Below are positions 12,843 through 27,158 of a DNA stretch of 64,000 bases, piece by piece. Source of the DNA: Magallana gigas (taxonomy: Eukaryota); the NCBI RefSeq assembly GCF_963853765.1, contig NC_088857.1:34348001-34412000 (forward strand), in the 5' to 3' direction. Below the pieces are notes generated by a model, which saw only the letters and a list, made by a program, of their open reading frames with translations, was not told the DNA's origin and did not search any database. The translations under genes and the position numbers were made by a program. Every line of letters starts with the position of its first letter. Positions within the stretch are counted from its first letter, which is position 1.

Positions 12843-13009
12843 ATATAAGTAATAAACAGCAATGTTTAAAAGTTCATCAGGAAATGTACTTGGTTGGTAC
12901 ATGATCAAATCTTCTGAGAAGCCTTTGGGCTTCGCAGGATTTGATCACATGACAAACCAAGTTCATATCCTGGTGAACTTTTTAAATTGCTGTTTATTTT
13001 TTAAATATA
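12843..13009. repeat. Imperfect ~160-bp palindrome (foldback/MITE-like), end of a larger element starting near 12590
   Basis: aataaacagcaat...attgctgtttatt arms around tgatcaaatc..aagcc-tttg-ggctt..gatttgatca. Confidence 0.75.
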
Positions 13010-16000
13010 CAGGCACGATAATATGAAATTGCTTGACCTAAAAAATTTATTAAAGCTGGAAGAATTTATGTCCTAATTTGTTTATATTGGTATTGCATTC
13101 ATTCTGATGGGTTTACTGAATTGAATTACTAAAATATTAAGCTAGCTGCCAAATGTATCATATTTTGAGGAACAGTAAATCTTTTATAAATCATAAATTC
13201 TTTTTTTCTTTCCATGCAGACACATATCAAAATTATCCAGTGAATTTACATAAAACCATTGAAAGATCAAAGAAAAATAAAACAATGAGCAACTCAAGCT
13301 TTCATTGCAACATCAAACTGGAATTATAATAGACTTACGCACCTGATGTTTTAAACAGAGAGAGAAAATCTTCACAAATAATAATAAGAGATTGGATGGC
13401 TCCATGTTCTTCAGACACTTGTACATGCGGAGATAGAAAAAAATGAATTCCGGGAGGTGTGCTTGCTGTCTGGATAATCAAACGCGAATCAGATAACCTA
13501 ATGTGTCTGCCGTTTTCATTAAAGCTCCCTCTGTACATATGTAATCTAAGGAAAAACTAGGGGCCACAGATTTTGATTGCAATAAAACACATCTCCCTCC
13601 TTTTGCATTCCAACACCAGAACCATGGATTCCAATAGGTTGGAGCCTGAAGAAGTCAACCATGTGCCAAAAAGTGGAAAGAGGAATGTCCTTAGCAAGGA
13701 ACCGATGGATTCTGAGTTTTAATTCATACCCCCACACCCCATTATCTTTGGATTTTTTACCTTGAGTGATTAGGTATCAGGTGAAACAAACTCGTACTCG
13801 ATGAAGATAAACACCATTTTCACGCAATTAAAGCTTTCTCTGTTTCAGAGAAAAAAATATTTCTGTAAATCTAGCAGCTGGTGGTTTCGATTAAATTTAT
13901 ATGTCAAGGAACTCATCCATAGCAAGGACATAGAAACAATTAGATGGTCAATTAAATGTCGCCAACTATAATATTTGTTGTGACCTAGCAAGCTTTAACC
14001 ATTTATTGACATGTGCTTCTTCCTTTCACTAAAATTACTTATAAGAGGGACACCTCGATAAACTTAAGCCATTTACACTAATCACATGCACACAGATATG
14101 TACGCAATCCTGTCAAGTAAGTAATAAGACCATTATCAAATTAACACAGATACGTGGATAAACACATAAAAATAAGTTCGGAGCTTTAGAATAATATGTT
14201 GACATGGAAAGAATGTTGATGTATCAGTACGCTACATATATATACTAGGGGACTGAAATAAAGAGATCTTGGTATGAGAGCAGACTACAGGGAAATCTGA
14301 TAGAGATCTTAGCATGCTTATAGAAACATCTCAAAGCCTGAACATCATTCTGTGTGTTGTTTCAAGCACAGGAAAAAGTTTTCCTCCCACCAATGCCTGC
14401 ATTCTATCTGGGTTTTTGTCCATTATAGAGCTATCAAAAATGATAAAAAATGTTCGGTATCTGGCAAAAACTGGCCTGATGCTGACATTAAAAGGCTATC
14501 ATATAGATTTATTGTGCATACATAGGATAGTTTTCTGTATGAATAAAATCAAAACTGACTCTCCCCTTTTTGACGAAAGCCTGAAAAATCAATCTAATCT
14601 TTATAGAGATCACATATAAAATATTTGATGGATTAAATATACAGCATCCCATAATTACCTCTTTACTGTAAATCAATAAATTCCTTCCCAAAATGTTTGA
14701 ATGGTCTGCACACACACACAAAAAAACAGAAAGAAAAGTTCCCAGATAAATCCCAATAGTTAAAATAGGGTCTCTTTCTTGGTTCACAGAGACAAAATGT
14801 TTACTCTGGAACGATTAGGCTCTCCTAATAAATAAAAGGATGCTGACACAGAAACAAACACTGAGACAACCCTGATTAAATCAAGGAAAGTAAACCGTGC
14901 CAATCAGCCTGCAGTCAAAATACTGAATGGGGCAGCTACAGCACAGCGTACATCTCCTATCCTTCTCTCCCCTTCTCTTCCTCTCTCATGTTATTAATGC
15001 TGAAATATCCGGTGGGGGGAAACTCAGGAAAGAAGAGTTGACCTCATCAAACACAAATAGGAAGTCGGAGCCCGTCAATTGAAAGTCACTATCTGTGATT
15101 CAATGCACCAAAAACACAATATTTTCCTTTCATTGTGTGTATAATCCTTGCACAACAATTGACAAATGATTTTGCTTTGTTCAGCCTAACTGGGATGTTT
15201 TGGTGTTTGTGGATGGCTATAACTCCCTGCGTACTGGGACTATTATAATCACTGTCCTTACATCACCCGCTATTACACACTATTCAGGATAAGGCTCATA
15301 TAACCAGGAATCATTACCAGCCATTACTTCCTGTGGCCAAGATACACACTCAGTCCATTGACGTTTATGCATGTGTGTGTAATGATATTGTATAACTTTA
15401 ATGTTTATATCTAAATGTCCCCCCCCACCCCTCCCCATTTAATTACAGCTTAATGCAATGCTCTCTGGTTGTCTACTTTCATCTTTATAACATTTTTATA
15501 AAAATTATGTAACATGCTTGAGGTACTTCATATTTGTAAAACTCTGATGCACAAAACCCTCTTTATATTACCGAGAAAATTTAATAAAATGGTTTCTCCC
15601 ATTTCCATTCGATATCAGAATATACATTTAGTTGCTCAAGTTTAATTTGACTTTCTAGTACATGTATCATATTACTTGTGACTGAGGAGCGAGTCCTGCA
15701 GTGCCTTTTTTATTTTTAACTTGATAAACTGTAATTCCATATAGTCAGCTTAAAAGATTAACACAAAAAACTAAATATATTAAATTTTAAGCTGAACTTT
15801 AAGGGCATTCTGGCCTCCTTTTAGTGCATAATCATACCAAATGTACCAATTAATTACATCAATTACTTTCATTTATAAGATCTAGTAAAATGGCAAAAAT
15901 TAATTGGTTAGTTGACATGTGTGAGCCATCATTCTGCAGCATGCAACATTTAATGATCAACAAATCAGTAATTGTAAAAAAAATATATCATTTATAAATT

Positions 16001-19000
16001 TTTCGTAGAAAAATGAAAGGTCAATCACTTATTATATACAGTAAACAGGCAGACAATTTAATATGGTATAAGCTACAATTGTGTACATATTTTACATGTT
16101 GTATTTTCATTCAATGTTGACAAATTAATTTGTTGCATTAAGAGTGATTTCCCTATATACTTAAAGGATTTAATTCATGATGCTAAAATATATATACATG
16201 TCCTTAAATTGGTCCATATATAACCCCCAAAGTGGAAGTTTTTGTGTATATCACTTGTGTTTAATTTTTTTTAATTTTGTAACTTTAATTTATGTTTGAA
16301 GTGGGGCGTACTTGCCAGGAATGGCACTAATACTTCTATTGTAAGATGAAAATGTAGGTCAAGGTCTCTTCCTCTAAACACTTTCGATAACCTCGCAGTA
16401 ATTATTACATCATGATGGCTTAACATAGTCAACAATATGTTCAATTATCCTATACTTTATCCATATAATTTATTTGCATCCTTAAAATGTGAAAAAAATC
16501 AATAAGTGCAGAGAAAAGTTTAATAAAAAGATGTTAAAGAAAAATGTCAGGAATATCAATGAAAACCATCTTTTCTAAAACAGCAGAAGCAAAATGGACA
16601 AAATTTCAAAACTCAAAACCAACCAAACAATTTGTCCTATCCTGTGTAATGTTTCTGGAGGCCAAACTCCGTCATAATACTACTGATCGTCAGCCAACAT
16701 TCCCTATGTAAACGACAGCCTCTCCCACCTTACCTACAGGCTGCAATCACTAACTTCACACGGATTATAATTCCCTCTATCCCAACTCTTCTAATCCTTC
16801 AAGCTGGCCTGCACATAAATAACAGGGGAGTCTTTCAGCAGTGTTCATTGATATTGCTACAGTTCACACCTGCTCTATAAGATCTGTCAATGCATTCACT
16901 GTCTACCACTCACTGAAGAAAACCATTCCTCTCTTCTCACTTTCAGACAACCACCCCATAATGACTGCAGCATAAACTCATTAAAATTTTATGTCTTTGT
17001 AATTACATCCTTTTGTTCACCACAAATATCATTGACTGCAACCAACTTAGAAAACTTCAACACCTACCCAGGTATGACCAGCACAACTTGATGTCTATTG
17101 AGTAAAATTAAGCCAGCTGTTTTGAAATAAACAAAGGTGTAATTATTTGGTGTACTGGTAATATAAAATCAAAAGTATCTTACATGCGCTCTTTGTTGAT
17201 CAGCGAGGACTTGAAGACTTGCGGCTCCAATTATTTTCCAATTTCACTTTCCAAGTCAAAACATGTATCAATAAACAATTGCAGACTTTTGCTTCTTATA
17301 GTGTTGCTGCATGCTCTTTTGTAGCAATGTACTCAGAACAGCACTGTAATGTCATTATACACACTGTAAGTACCAGGTACTCCAACCACACAAGTCCTGC
17401 AACAACAATCCTCACAAAGACCCCAATCAGCAATACACCACTAGAGGGCACTCCACTGATCTAATCCTCCAAAACAACAATGTAGGACACTTGTTCTATC
17501 TGTCTGGTGACTTATCTCACTATTGACTCCACTCTTTGTTAAAGACCCCCTATAACAAATACAAATCACTACAGACCACTGTTACTACTAACACTTCAGT
17601 CGACTCACAATGGCTCTCCCCCCTCATTAAATGGCCAGGCAATCACAAATCAGTTAATCAGGCTCAAGAACTCCAGGGATTTGTAGGAAGGAAGACTTTT
17701 ACTAATTTTCTACATTCTAATGTCTAGCCACATTTCCTGGGTTTGATCACTTGAAGAAAAGAAGACAGCTTGTACCTTGCACTTGCTCAAAGATTTCACA
17801 GTATATCGCCAATCAAAATATATATACACAAAATCATGCATGCAGCTACCACACGTGTACTCAAAAAGATTTACAAGCTCAGAATGACTTAGCAAAAATC
17901 ACGAACACAAGTATTAGTAATTCAGACATTGTAATGAGTAGCATATTTTGGAATCTGAAATTTTTTTTTTAAATGTTCAATACCCACAGTATTTACACAT
18001 ATGATTCAATTGTCAAATGTTGAAGTTAAGTCACTTTACCAGCAAAGCAAACAGAAATGAATTCATCAACTCAAACAACCATGTCTGGATATTCTCTTGA
18101 TACTTCACAAATTTCATATTATCTTCCCTTGGAAGAATTGGAGTTCTGTTATCAAATATTAATTTCAATAAAGCCAAATTTCTGTGCCTAATCTAAACTG
18201 AAATCAATCTATTGCAGGCACAAACTTCTGCATTAATTCACAAAAGATATAATGCAGTCTATTTGTCTAAACAAATGAAATGGTGCAAAACGAAAACAAA
18301 CCATTACTGGTAAAACACTGAATCATTAATTGCATCAAATATTAAATTTACCATTTTTGTGACTCCATTAAGATCCTGCTCATTTTGCATTGCAAATTCA
18401 AGAGAAACTCTGTTTTAATTTTGATAATAAGACATTCAACATCGGACCAATGCAGTCACACAGCTTTTGTTCAGGTTTAAATTCTGAGTACACTGATATT
18501 ATGTATCAATTGTTCAAAATTCCACTCGGCAAATTGAATGCCTTTGTGAGCTAGAACTCAATTTCACATGTAATTATTCATTCGACCTTACCATGCTTAC
18601 CTCGTACAGTCCCTGCCACAACACAGTAAATGCAATCAATTCCACAATTTTGTAAAACTCGTTTCCCATTTGATACATAGACACACTATTTACTTTCAAT
18701 TCCCCCTTTGAAAGCATTCATTACTTTCGATGATTTTCAATGCAGGGAATTGTGTCAGGGCATCTAAACTTGCTGAATGAGCTTTATTCAGAGCGACTTT
18801 ATACCCTAGTCATAACATTCCCTACACATATCAAGTGCCCTTCTGTTTACATTTACAAGTTCTTTAAAATCTCTTCAAAGGACATTAATACCCTAATTGG
18901 ATTATGCTGGATTATTACTCCGTTTGACACCTGTCTGAAGCTAAATGATTTCGTCTGAATGCTATGCATTATTAAATTAATTAATGCAATGTTTTTTGAA

Positions 19001-20452
19001 TCTATATCTGTTATAATCTGTACACATCCCATGAAATCTTAGGAATCTCAGCAATTTTTTTCCCTCACCCGAGATTGTTTATTCTACATAACCTAGAAGT
19101 GGTACATTTAGTAATAAGAATGAACAGAACCTGTTTAAAAGAAAGTTTAAGTAAATAAATTAATGTGCAACAGGCTCTGTGGGTCTCATAAACTGTCTGT
19201 CTGTCTGATTTTCATGTGTATCCTTACGTAGGCTTCCAACTCGATCAAAATTGCTTCAGGATTTCTTGCATTTTTCAAAAATGCACATGTACAAGTACCC
19301 ACACAAACATATAATTACAGAATTAAGCAGAATTTTCTAAAAAAAATCTCCAAGAATCAAAACTTAAATAAAGTAACAAACCTTAGGTGTGTTTATCTGT
19401 GCAAAATCAAACAAGAGAAATCTTTGGATCAACCACAGTCTAATACCCAACAACTTTGCTGTCAATAAGGCTCAAAGTCTCCTGATTAAAACCAGTGGAC
19501 ACTTGGTATACTGATCCAAACAAGAATGTGTCAATCTATAGTAATAACTTGTCAATATTGGTTGTCAATTGGTCGACGTATCAAGGGCTTCCCAGTAAGA
19601 CCTAACCTACTGAAGGTGTAGGCTGACCTTCTTCCTGTTATGGCCGATTATAAAACTTTATCGCAATAGGTCAATCAATATAAGACCTTAAGAAGGCAGT
19701 GATGATAAAACAAGAAACACAAACTAATGGAAGGTGCTGTGGGTAATCTGGTGCCCTGGGAGGGGGGGGGGGGGGTACCAATACAAAGTGACCTTATTTT
19801 ACCATGGAAGATGGGTGGACTGTAATTGTGTCTGAACTTAATACTGTGAAAAACAACGCTATTATAGACTCAAATGAGGAGAACTGTATGAGCTCAAACA
19901 TGTGTTTATGGCACTTAATATTGTACAATGCTCTAATCTATATATCCCTTTATTACTTTGCTGATCTATTCATAAGAACCTTAGCCTATGACTATACATG
20001 TAGTACATGAACTGCAGTTGAATTTGCATGTATGGATCCTTAAAGGAAGTCTGTTTCTACAGAATCTAGAGAAAAAAGTCTTTATAATTAAGCATACATG
20101 TAACCCTGGAGCTAGATCACCCAAAGCCCAAACTTCCTCGTTGTACACATATGGATAATTGACAACTTTATGTAAGCTCCATGCAAATGCATTCATAAAA
20201 CCTTGACTATAGTATATCTGTAAGTCTTTAAATGTAGAACAATGCCATCTATATTTAATGCAAAAAATTGGGAAAAGTTGAGCTTTAATTGATTTAGACT
20301 AATTGAAGTCTAAATGCTAATCTTTCCTTCACATTTAGAAACATTAATACATTGAGTAATCAGAAATATCAATCTAGGGACCTGGATCAAGTAGAAAGAA
20401 TACATTCAGGATATGACAGAGAAAGAGATTACCCAAAGTGTGCTGTGTGTAA

Positions 20453-20703
20453 AATTTAAAAATTAAACGATACTTACAAAGTAGAAGTTTGATTGTAATT
20501 CTCCGAAGTATGCGTCAGTATTAGAGATCAGGTGAGATTGCAAAGCTATTCCCAGAATTCAATCTTAAAAGGTGCTGAGACCACAAACCGAGACTCTCAA
20601 TACAGGGTGGGTGCGGTGTGGCACCTGATCTCTAATACTGACGCATACTTCGGAGAATTACAATCAAACTTCTACTTTGTAAGTATCGTTTAATTTTTAA
20701 ATT
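20453..20703. repeat. Perfect 82-bp inverted repeat with 87-bp spacer
   Basis: 20453-20534 is the exact reverse complement of 20622-20703 (checked base by base). Confidence 0.95.
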
Positions 20704-23205
20704 CTCCATCAGTATGCGTCAGCATCGAGATCACGTGAGAGATTTAAAGTGTGGTCACAGCACTAAATATGAGAAATGGACTTAGCAATAATGTCCTAAT
20801 TTCTACTGAAAGGCTCCACCCCCTGCACCCCGGCCTAGCTGACTCTCCACAGTGGAGGGTCCAGAGTCAGCATTTTACACCAAGCCTCAAAGAATCTCAG
20901 CTTTCGATTGTTTAGCAGTAAATATGAAGATCAATTAATTAAACATTAAATCCTTATTTTGGGATATCGTAGGTCCTTTAACACACCAGGCCGTGCAGAC
21001 AAATTATCAAACTGCACATTAGCCTAAAGGTAAGTCCAAATTAATGGAAGAGCCACCATAACAGCCACAAGTGTGAGCTTTGATTTTTGCTTGTGACATT
21101 GCACTCAAGCAGCACTCAATGTTTGTGACATCATAATAAAACTCAACATTTTAACCTTTCAGTACCCTGTGTGTGCTATAGTGCTATAACTGCCATAGCT
21201 TTCCACACATTTTACATGCAAAATAAATGTGGAATGTAAGATATTGTAGTTTTTAATTAATCACTTCTTATACACAAAACTGATTGACTTTAAAGCTAAG
21301 TAAATCAGTGGCTCCATGAACGATCTGCTACAGCAAGTGCAACACCGCAGGAGCATCTGCAACGCATCAATTAGATTTACTTTTGTTTCCAAACATAACT
21401 TGTAAAGAACACAAAAAAACCAGCTGATGTTGACAATAAGGCAACTGCATTACACAGCAATATGTGTATCTTGACTACATGCAAGTTTTCTATTTTCTGC
21501 TTAATTTCTCTTGGTTTCTCTTCATTAAAAGGCCTCTCTCTTATCTGCCAAAGCAAATTGTTTAGTTAGCTCTCTACCCCTTTTACAAGCAACATCTGCA
21601 GCCGATTACATAACTGCTGCTTAACTTTAATGATATTCACAATCACATAGGGTCACAACACTGCAACAGCCATTAGTAAAGATCAAAAGATCAAATCTGT
21701 AATAAAAATGGGGGTCAACTCAGCTAGAATTTTTAATTAGCTCAGGCAGACTAATGAGAAAGTTGTTTATTCAGAATCCTTTAAATTCACTACCAAGGTC
21801 ATTGAAGATTTCTAGCAGTTAGGATTTTACAACAATTGATGGATATCCCATAACTGATTAATGACTTCCGATGGCAATAATTCTTTTTCTTCTTAGAATT
21901 AATTCATATAGTCATCATCATTTGTAATTTGCTTGCAGTAAATTAAAACCAAAATTAACAACTTCTGTGAGAATGTTAAAAGGTGCATTACATATATAAT
22001 ATATACATGTATAGTATAAATTTTGGCAAAGTAAATACATATACATGTACATGTACTAAAATGTACACCTATAAGCATATTTACTTCAACATGTATTTCT
22101 TATTCTAACCTGACCAGACAGACAAATACCAAGAAATTATATAGTATGGTAAGGGAGAAAGAGACGCACACACAGGCTACAGTAAAGAAACTCAAGAAAA
22201 AAGAAAGATTACAGTATAAGTTTACACTCCAAGCTTACAGACAACATCATAATAATTATTAATTTTCTGACACAAACTCAGTCATGTAAGAATGGCATTT
22301 GGCTGAGAGAATATTGGCATTGGGATGCAAGAGAGAAAATACCTTGGATATATTGACGCATTATGTAAATTTACTTTACCCCTCCTAAGTAGCAGATAGC
22401 AAATATGGGCAATTCAACAGAAAAACTCAAATTAGCTGCAGGATCTTGGTTCACAGTCCCTATATTGATCAACATTTCAAAGAAAATGAATCATTTAGTC
22501 CGTTTTCACCATATGGTATTGCAGAATCCTCTTCAAAAACAATCAATATTCTTAATAAAGTCATAGCAACTTGGCAATCTCCATGTTCTAGCTATTACCA
22601 TACATCAGTATTAGCGAGTTTCATATGATTCATATGAACGGCGAGGTCAGTGGAAAAGATGATTCAATTTTATTGAGCTACATACAAGTGAAGGCCGGGT
22701 CTCTGCTGCCTAATACTTTTTGAAGAGGTTTCTTTTAGTGTAACTCATATTGCATTGAAAAGTAGAGCCATTACGCTTCTGTGGGTAAGCTTTATAGCTG
22801 GGATTTATATAAAGTCTCTAATGTATTTTCAGAAGCCTGATCCATAATCTTTTTAACACTACAATAACACTCCTTGAAAACTAGCTCTTTATGGGTAAAT
22901 CAACATTCTCATCTTTCACTTTCAGCATCTGTAAATACGGGTAATTCAAAATTAAAAAAAATAAACTTGCACAACACAGAAACTTTCACCATTTGAAAAA
23001 CTATGTTGGTTCAAAGATTACACACCGTACTCATGCATTGCCTCTGATACAGGTATTTATCATACATATCACATATAGCGGACTCACAAACCAAAGTAAT
23101 ATTAAGTTTCAATTATTGAACAGAAATAACAAATGATATACAGAAAATTACAATGCCTAGAAAGAGAGAAGAAAAAAATCCATTCATTGAACAACATTCA
23201 TCTAA

Positions 23206-23293
23206 TCAAAACTGAAGATAACAAAACTGAGAGTTATGGTGGAGACAAGTCAAAACTTAAGATAACAAAACTGAGAGTTATGGTGGAGACAAG
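23206..23293. repeat. 44-bp tandem duplication (2 copies)
   Basis: tcaaaact[g/t]aagataacaaaactgagagttatggtggagacaag occurs twice. Confidence 0.9.
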
Positions 23294-23714
23294 TGCTAAG
23301 GAAGACTTACAGTCAGCATGGTCCTGGGTAAGAGAGCTTGCTAAAGAAGCAAATCAGTTGTCAATGACAACAACCAAATCAAAATGGCTACCCATCTCAA
23401 AGCTGTACATAGTATAACACTTTCTTGAAAACAGTGAAAAAGAGGATGATTTGTAGCATAATAAAAAGAGTGACAAAAAAATAAAGGGTTTGTACATGTA
23501 ATCAACCAAAGAGTTCCTGTATTCAACTATGATTTTCATAGAGATTCAAATTTTTACTTTTCCCGTGTAAAAATCTCTTAAAACTTAAAATTGTTTTTGA
23601 ATGGTGTATATATCATTAGAAATAACAATGTTTGATCAAAATCAACATATTCACTTAAGATTAAACAAGGTTGTATTAACCAATTAGGGAAAAACAATTT
23701 AGCAAATAAGAATA

Positions 23715-23921
23715 CTGTGGTTTCATTAATTTTCGTGGGTATCAATTTTCCTGGATTTTCGGAAAACCACAGTTTCAAGGATACGTAATTTCGTGGCCAA
23801 TGATCCTATCAATACAAAAAGTTAGTTGAAATTGAACTTCAATGAACATTTAAATTCGTGGATCAACTTAACAACGAAATCCACGAAAATTGGTATTCAA
23901 TGAATATTGATGAAACCAAAG
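23715..23921. mobile_element. MITE (TA TSD)
   Basis: TIR ctgtggtttcattaattttcgtgg versus ccacgaaaatt...gatgaaaccaaag, flanked by TA. Confidence 0.75.
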
Positions 23922-24417
23922 TACATGTACATGTAATATATCCTATACCAAAATATATGCAATTTTCTATCCGTGACAGCTTTGTACATCTGTTAATTAA
24001 TAAACCTAATTTCAAGTTTTCATCAAATTTAATTTTAAATTTTAAAATGAATATTGATTTAGAGGAAACAGTAATGATCAACACCTGTTAAAGATTGTTT
24101 AACCATACACTGATTACGCTTCACACATTTTGCTCTCAAAATATTACATCAATTACTATTTATTATTTCAAGTTCCATAAGCTTTCAGCAGCAGAGTTCT
24201 TACATCTTACTGGTAAATATAAATTAAAGAATATTTATCCAAGGTAAGCTGATGATACTTTTTCCTGTTCATACCATGAACAAAATATAATCATATCATC
24301 TTTGCACTTCTCTTGCACTGCATACACTAATGATTCCTTTTAATAGTAAATCAATTAACTAATACATTTACATGTATATATATGCAGATTATACCTTTGA
24401 AAATTCTTAAGACTGAC

Positions 24418-24646
24418 CTGCAAAAGGGCCAAGCTTGTCATCCGTCACAATGTCATCCAGGCTGGTACTGCTCCCCCTCGTGGAAGATCTTCTCAATACA
24501 ACTGGTTCTTCTGGCTCATCCATCACCTTGCCTGCAGGTGCTCTGGAATTCTGGGTATCAGCAGCATGGCCTTGACCTTTACCCTGTGACCCGGTCATCA
24601 TGTTGTCCTCTGTTATAGTTTCCATGTCTTTAGAAGACCTCTTGTT
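24418..24646 (-). CDS. ANKS1: ANKS1 exon 13 (NKRSSKDME...LDDIVTDDKLGPFA)
   Basis: Acceptor gttacag, donor gtcagt, phase 0/1. Confidence 0.88.
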
Positions 24647-27129
24647 CTGTAACAATATGTAAGATCCAGACTATAAATGCATTAATTCACTGTTACTACA
24701 TGTAAAGTCAAGCACTTCCAAAAATCCTAGGTCCTCTTAAAATATCTTACTTCTTAATCAACTGACAGGAAGTATGTCATCACTTCTACACAAAGGCTTT
24801 AGAGAGGACAAATTATCACTGACAGAAAGCTTCACAATATCCGAACAGATAGAATTTCATCAAAATACGGTACATACACCACATACTGGATGGTACATTA
24901 CCTGTAAATTTATATATTCATACCAAGCGCCTGTCTAAAGTCAAAAGTTGTATTCTATCTAAGTTAATACATACATTGTATGCACTCCTTACATTATAAA
25001 TGACCTAGACATCATATCATATGTAGTACATGTAGGTGGTTGTTGTTTAAATGCACGTTCATATAAAGAGTCAAAGGACAAACTTATCTGTGAACAACCA
25101 GGTAGTGGTGCAAACAAGTCTAGTGATATATGTCTCTCCTGAATAACTATTCAAAATAATGACTTCAATTCCAATACCAACTCACATACCTACATGTATT
25201 ATTAACCTATCTCAGAACAAAAATTAACATTTTTAATACTAATTGTCATAATTAACCTTGATTATAAACTAGGAGTGCAAGCAGATTACATCAGGGAGAT
25301 GCAAAGGGAGATTACTCAATAAAACGATAAGTTATTGCCATGTTTGCTTTTCATGCCTAAATCAGAGATAATATGCAGAGTATTGATGTCGTACAATGTA
25401 CGATTAAAAGTAAGCTATGAGCCCTTATTCTAGTTTTGTTTTCATAAATATTTTCTGAAGCTTGTTACAAATTTTATTTTTCATGCAATCAAAGTTATAT
25501 GGGGTGGGGTGGGGGACTTTCACCAAATACACTTATTACACTAGAACACATGGTTATGGTCAGAGGACGGTCTTCAGAACGTTTATATGTACTATAGTTT
25601 GATTATGTGCTCCTCTTTACTGAACAATATTATTATTCTTGAAATACTTTTAAAACAAAAACAACAAAAACAAAAGGTTATTATAGCATAGTTTTCAAGT
25701 ATTAATAAGGATATTACACAGCATATAATTATCATAATTTAATGTAAAACAAATACATGTTAGTGGCCTATACATAAGGTACACCAGCTTACCCATCTTC
25801 TTGGCTATCATAGTGAGCAAAGATGAAACAAATATAATGTCTGATGGATACTGCTAAACAAGAAAGGAATTTCTACATATACCTGCTGGTTGTAAACATA
25901 TTTACAGGTTCTTACATTAAAACTTGCTCACAATTAATGAACAAAGGTTATAAGGAAATCTTGAATTAATCAATGAACCATTGAGTTGAGAGTGCTAGGA
26001 ATCTGGAAGAAGTTTAAAGGTACTTATTCCAGGGCCACAATTTGTGAGATTAAAAGCCCCCTGTTAATTACAGTATTCAAACCAGCACCTACTGATCATT
26101 AACACTAACGAGTAAATTACACAGTCTCCATTAATACACAATATACAACGTCACAAGAATCTACTGCCAAATGTCAAATACATGAAGGATTTTAAAACAT
26201 ACCTAGTAATTTTGAGTTTCAATTAAACCAAAGAAAGTTTGGATGTGCATGGTAACAATAAAGAAGAAAGTTGTATGTGGATTAAAAATTTCCAAGGTTA
26301 CATAAGACTCAAAAAGAAAATATTTTGTGCCAAAAAACATACATTTTAAGCTTTAACAAGCACTTGAAAGTCAAGCTCACATTTAATGATTTTAGATATA
26401 ATTAAACTGCAGGTAAAAACTAACCAAACCAGGCATGTATTTCTACAGGTAGACTATTAATGTGCCAATTATTAGCCATCAAAGAATTCTAAATGATCTA
26501 CATTCCACTGGTCAAAAGGTAAAACATTTTTGAAAACTCTTCAATCTTTTGTTCTGCCTAATAATATTTTTTTTCATTGCAGATGTTGCTGATTCAATAT
26601 AGGCGGAACATTACAGGAAAAAAATCCTTTAAATAATATTTCCTCTCCTTTAAATATCAATGATCTCACTCTGAATTTAATTGGAAGATACATAAAATTG
26701 TCTTTTTACAAGATGTATTTATATTTGTTACAAGTTTGAGTGCAGATACATGCTTGATACCTTCATAAAATTTCACTAATTGTGGTTTCAGATAATTGCC
26801 TACTTCCATAGTCATTTGGTTACAACGATCTTTGTTTTTCTCAGTATTCAAGTTTAACATGATGTTTCAAACATCATTGTTCATGAGCAAAAGTTTTCAA
26901 AATTTGAACGGATCAAGAAAAAATAAAATGTCATTTTCACATCTTTAAGATATACATACTCTAAATTATTAACTTACATCAATAATGCTATTTGTAAAAA
27001 TACCCTGTATCAAAATTTATTCATTATATATAATGTCAACTTATAGATTCCAAGGCTCCCCAACCTCGGCTATAAGAATACTTCTACATGTTCTGGGGTG
27101 ATAAAAACAGTTGTTAAAAAAAAACTTAC

Positions 27130-27158
27130 ATCAATAATGGCCATTCTCTCTTCAATGC
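27130..27158 (-). CDS. ANKS1: ANKS1 exon 12, 29-nt microexon (GIEERMAIID)
   Basis: Acceptor ccattctag, donor gtaagt. It is the only exon found that converts phase 1 (exon 11) to phase 0 (exon 13). Confidence 0.75.

Noticed and set aside
14509-14654. MGCC-starting ORF (dual acylation look) in the large intron
   Set aside because: It sits just behind a strong donor (GAG|gtaatt), has no phase-1 donor to reach exon 14, and ends in a stop.
19218-19225. GTATCCTT U12-type donor consensus on the plus strand
   Set aside because: No plus-strand exon or gene context. All mapped introns are ordinary U2 GT-AG.
20622-20703. Hammerhead ribozyme / Penelope pseudo-LTR interpretation of the inverted repeat
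   Set aside because: CTGACGCA does not match the CUGAnGA core, and no GAAA..UH stem architecture was found.
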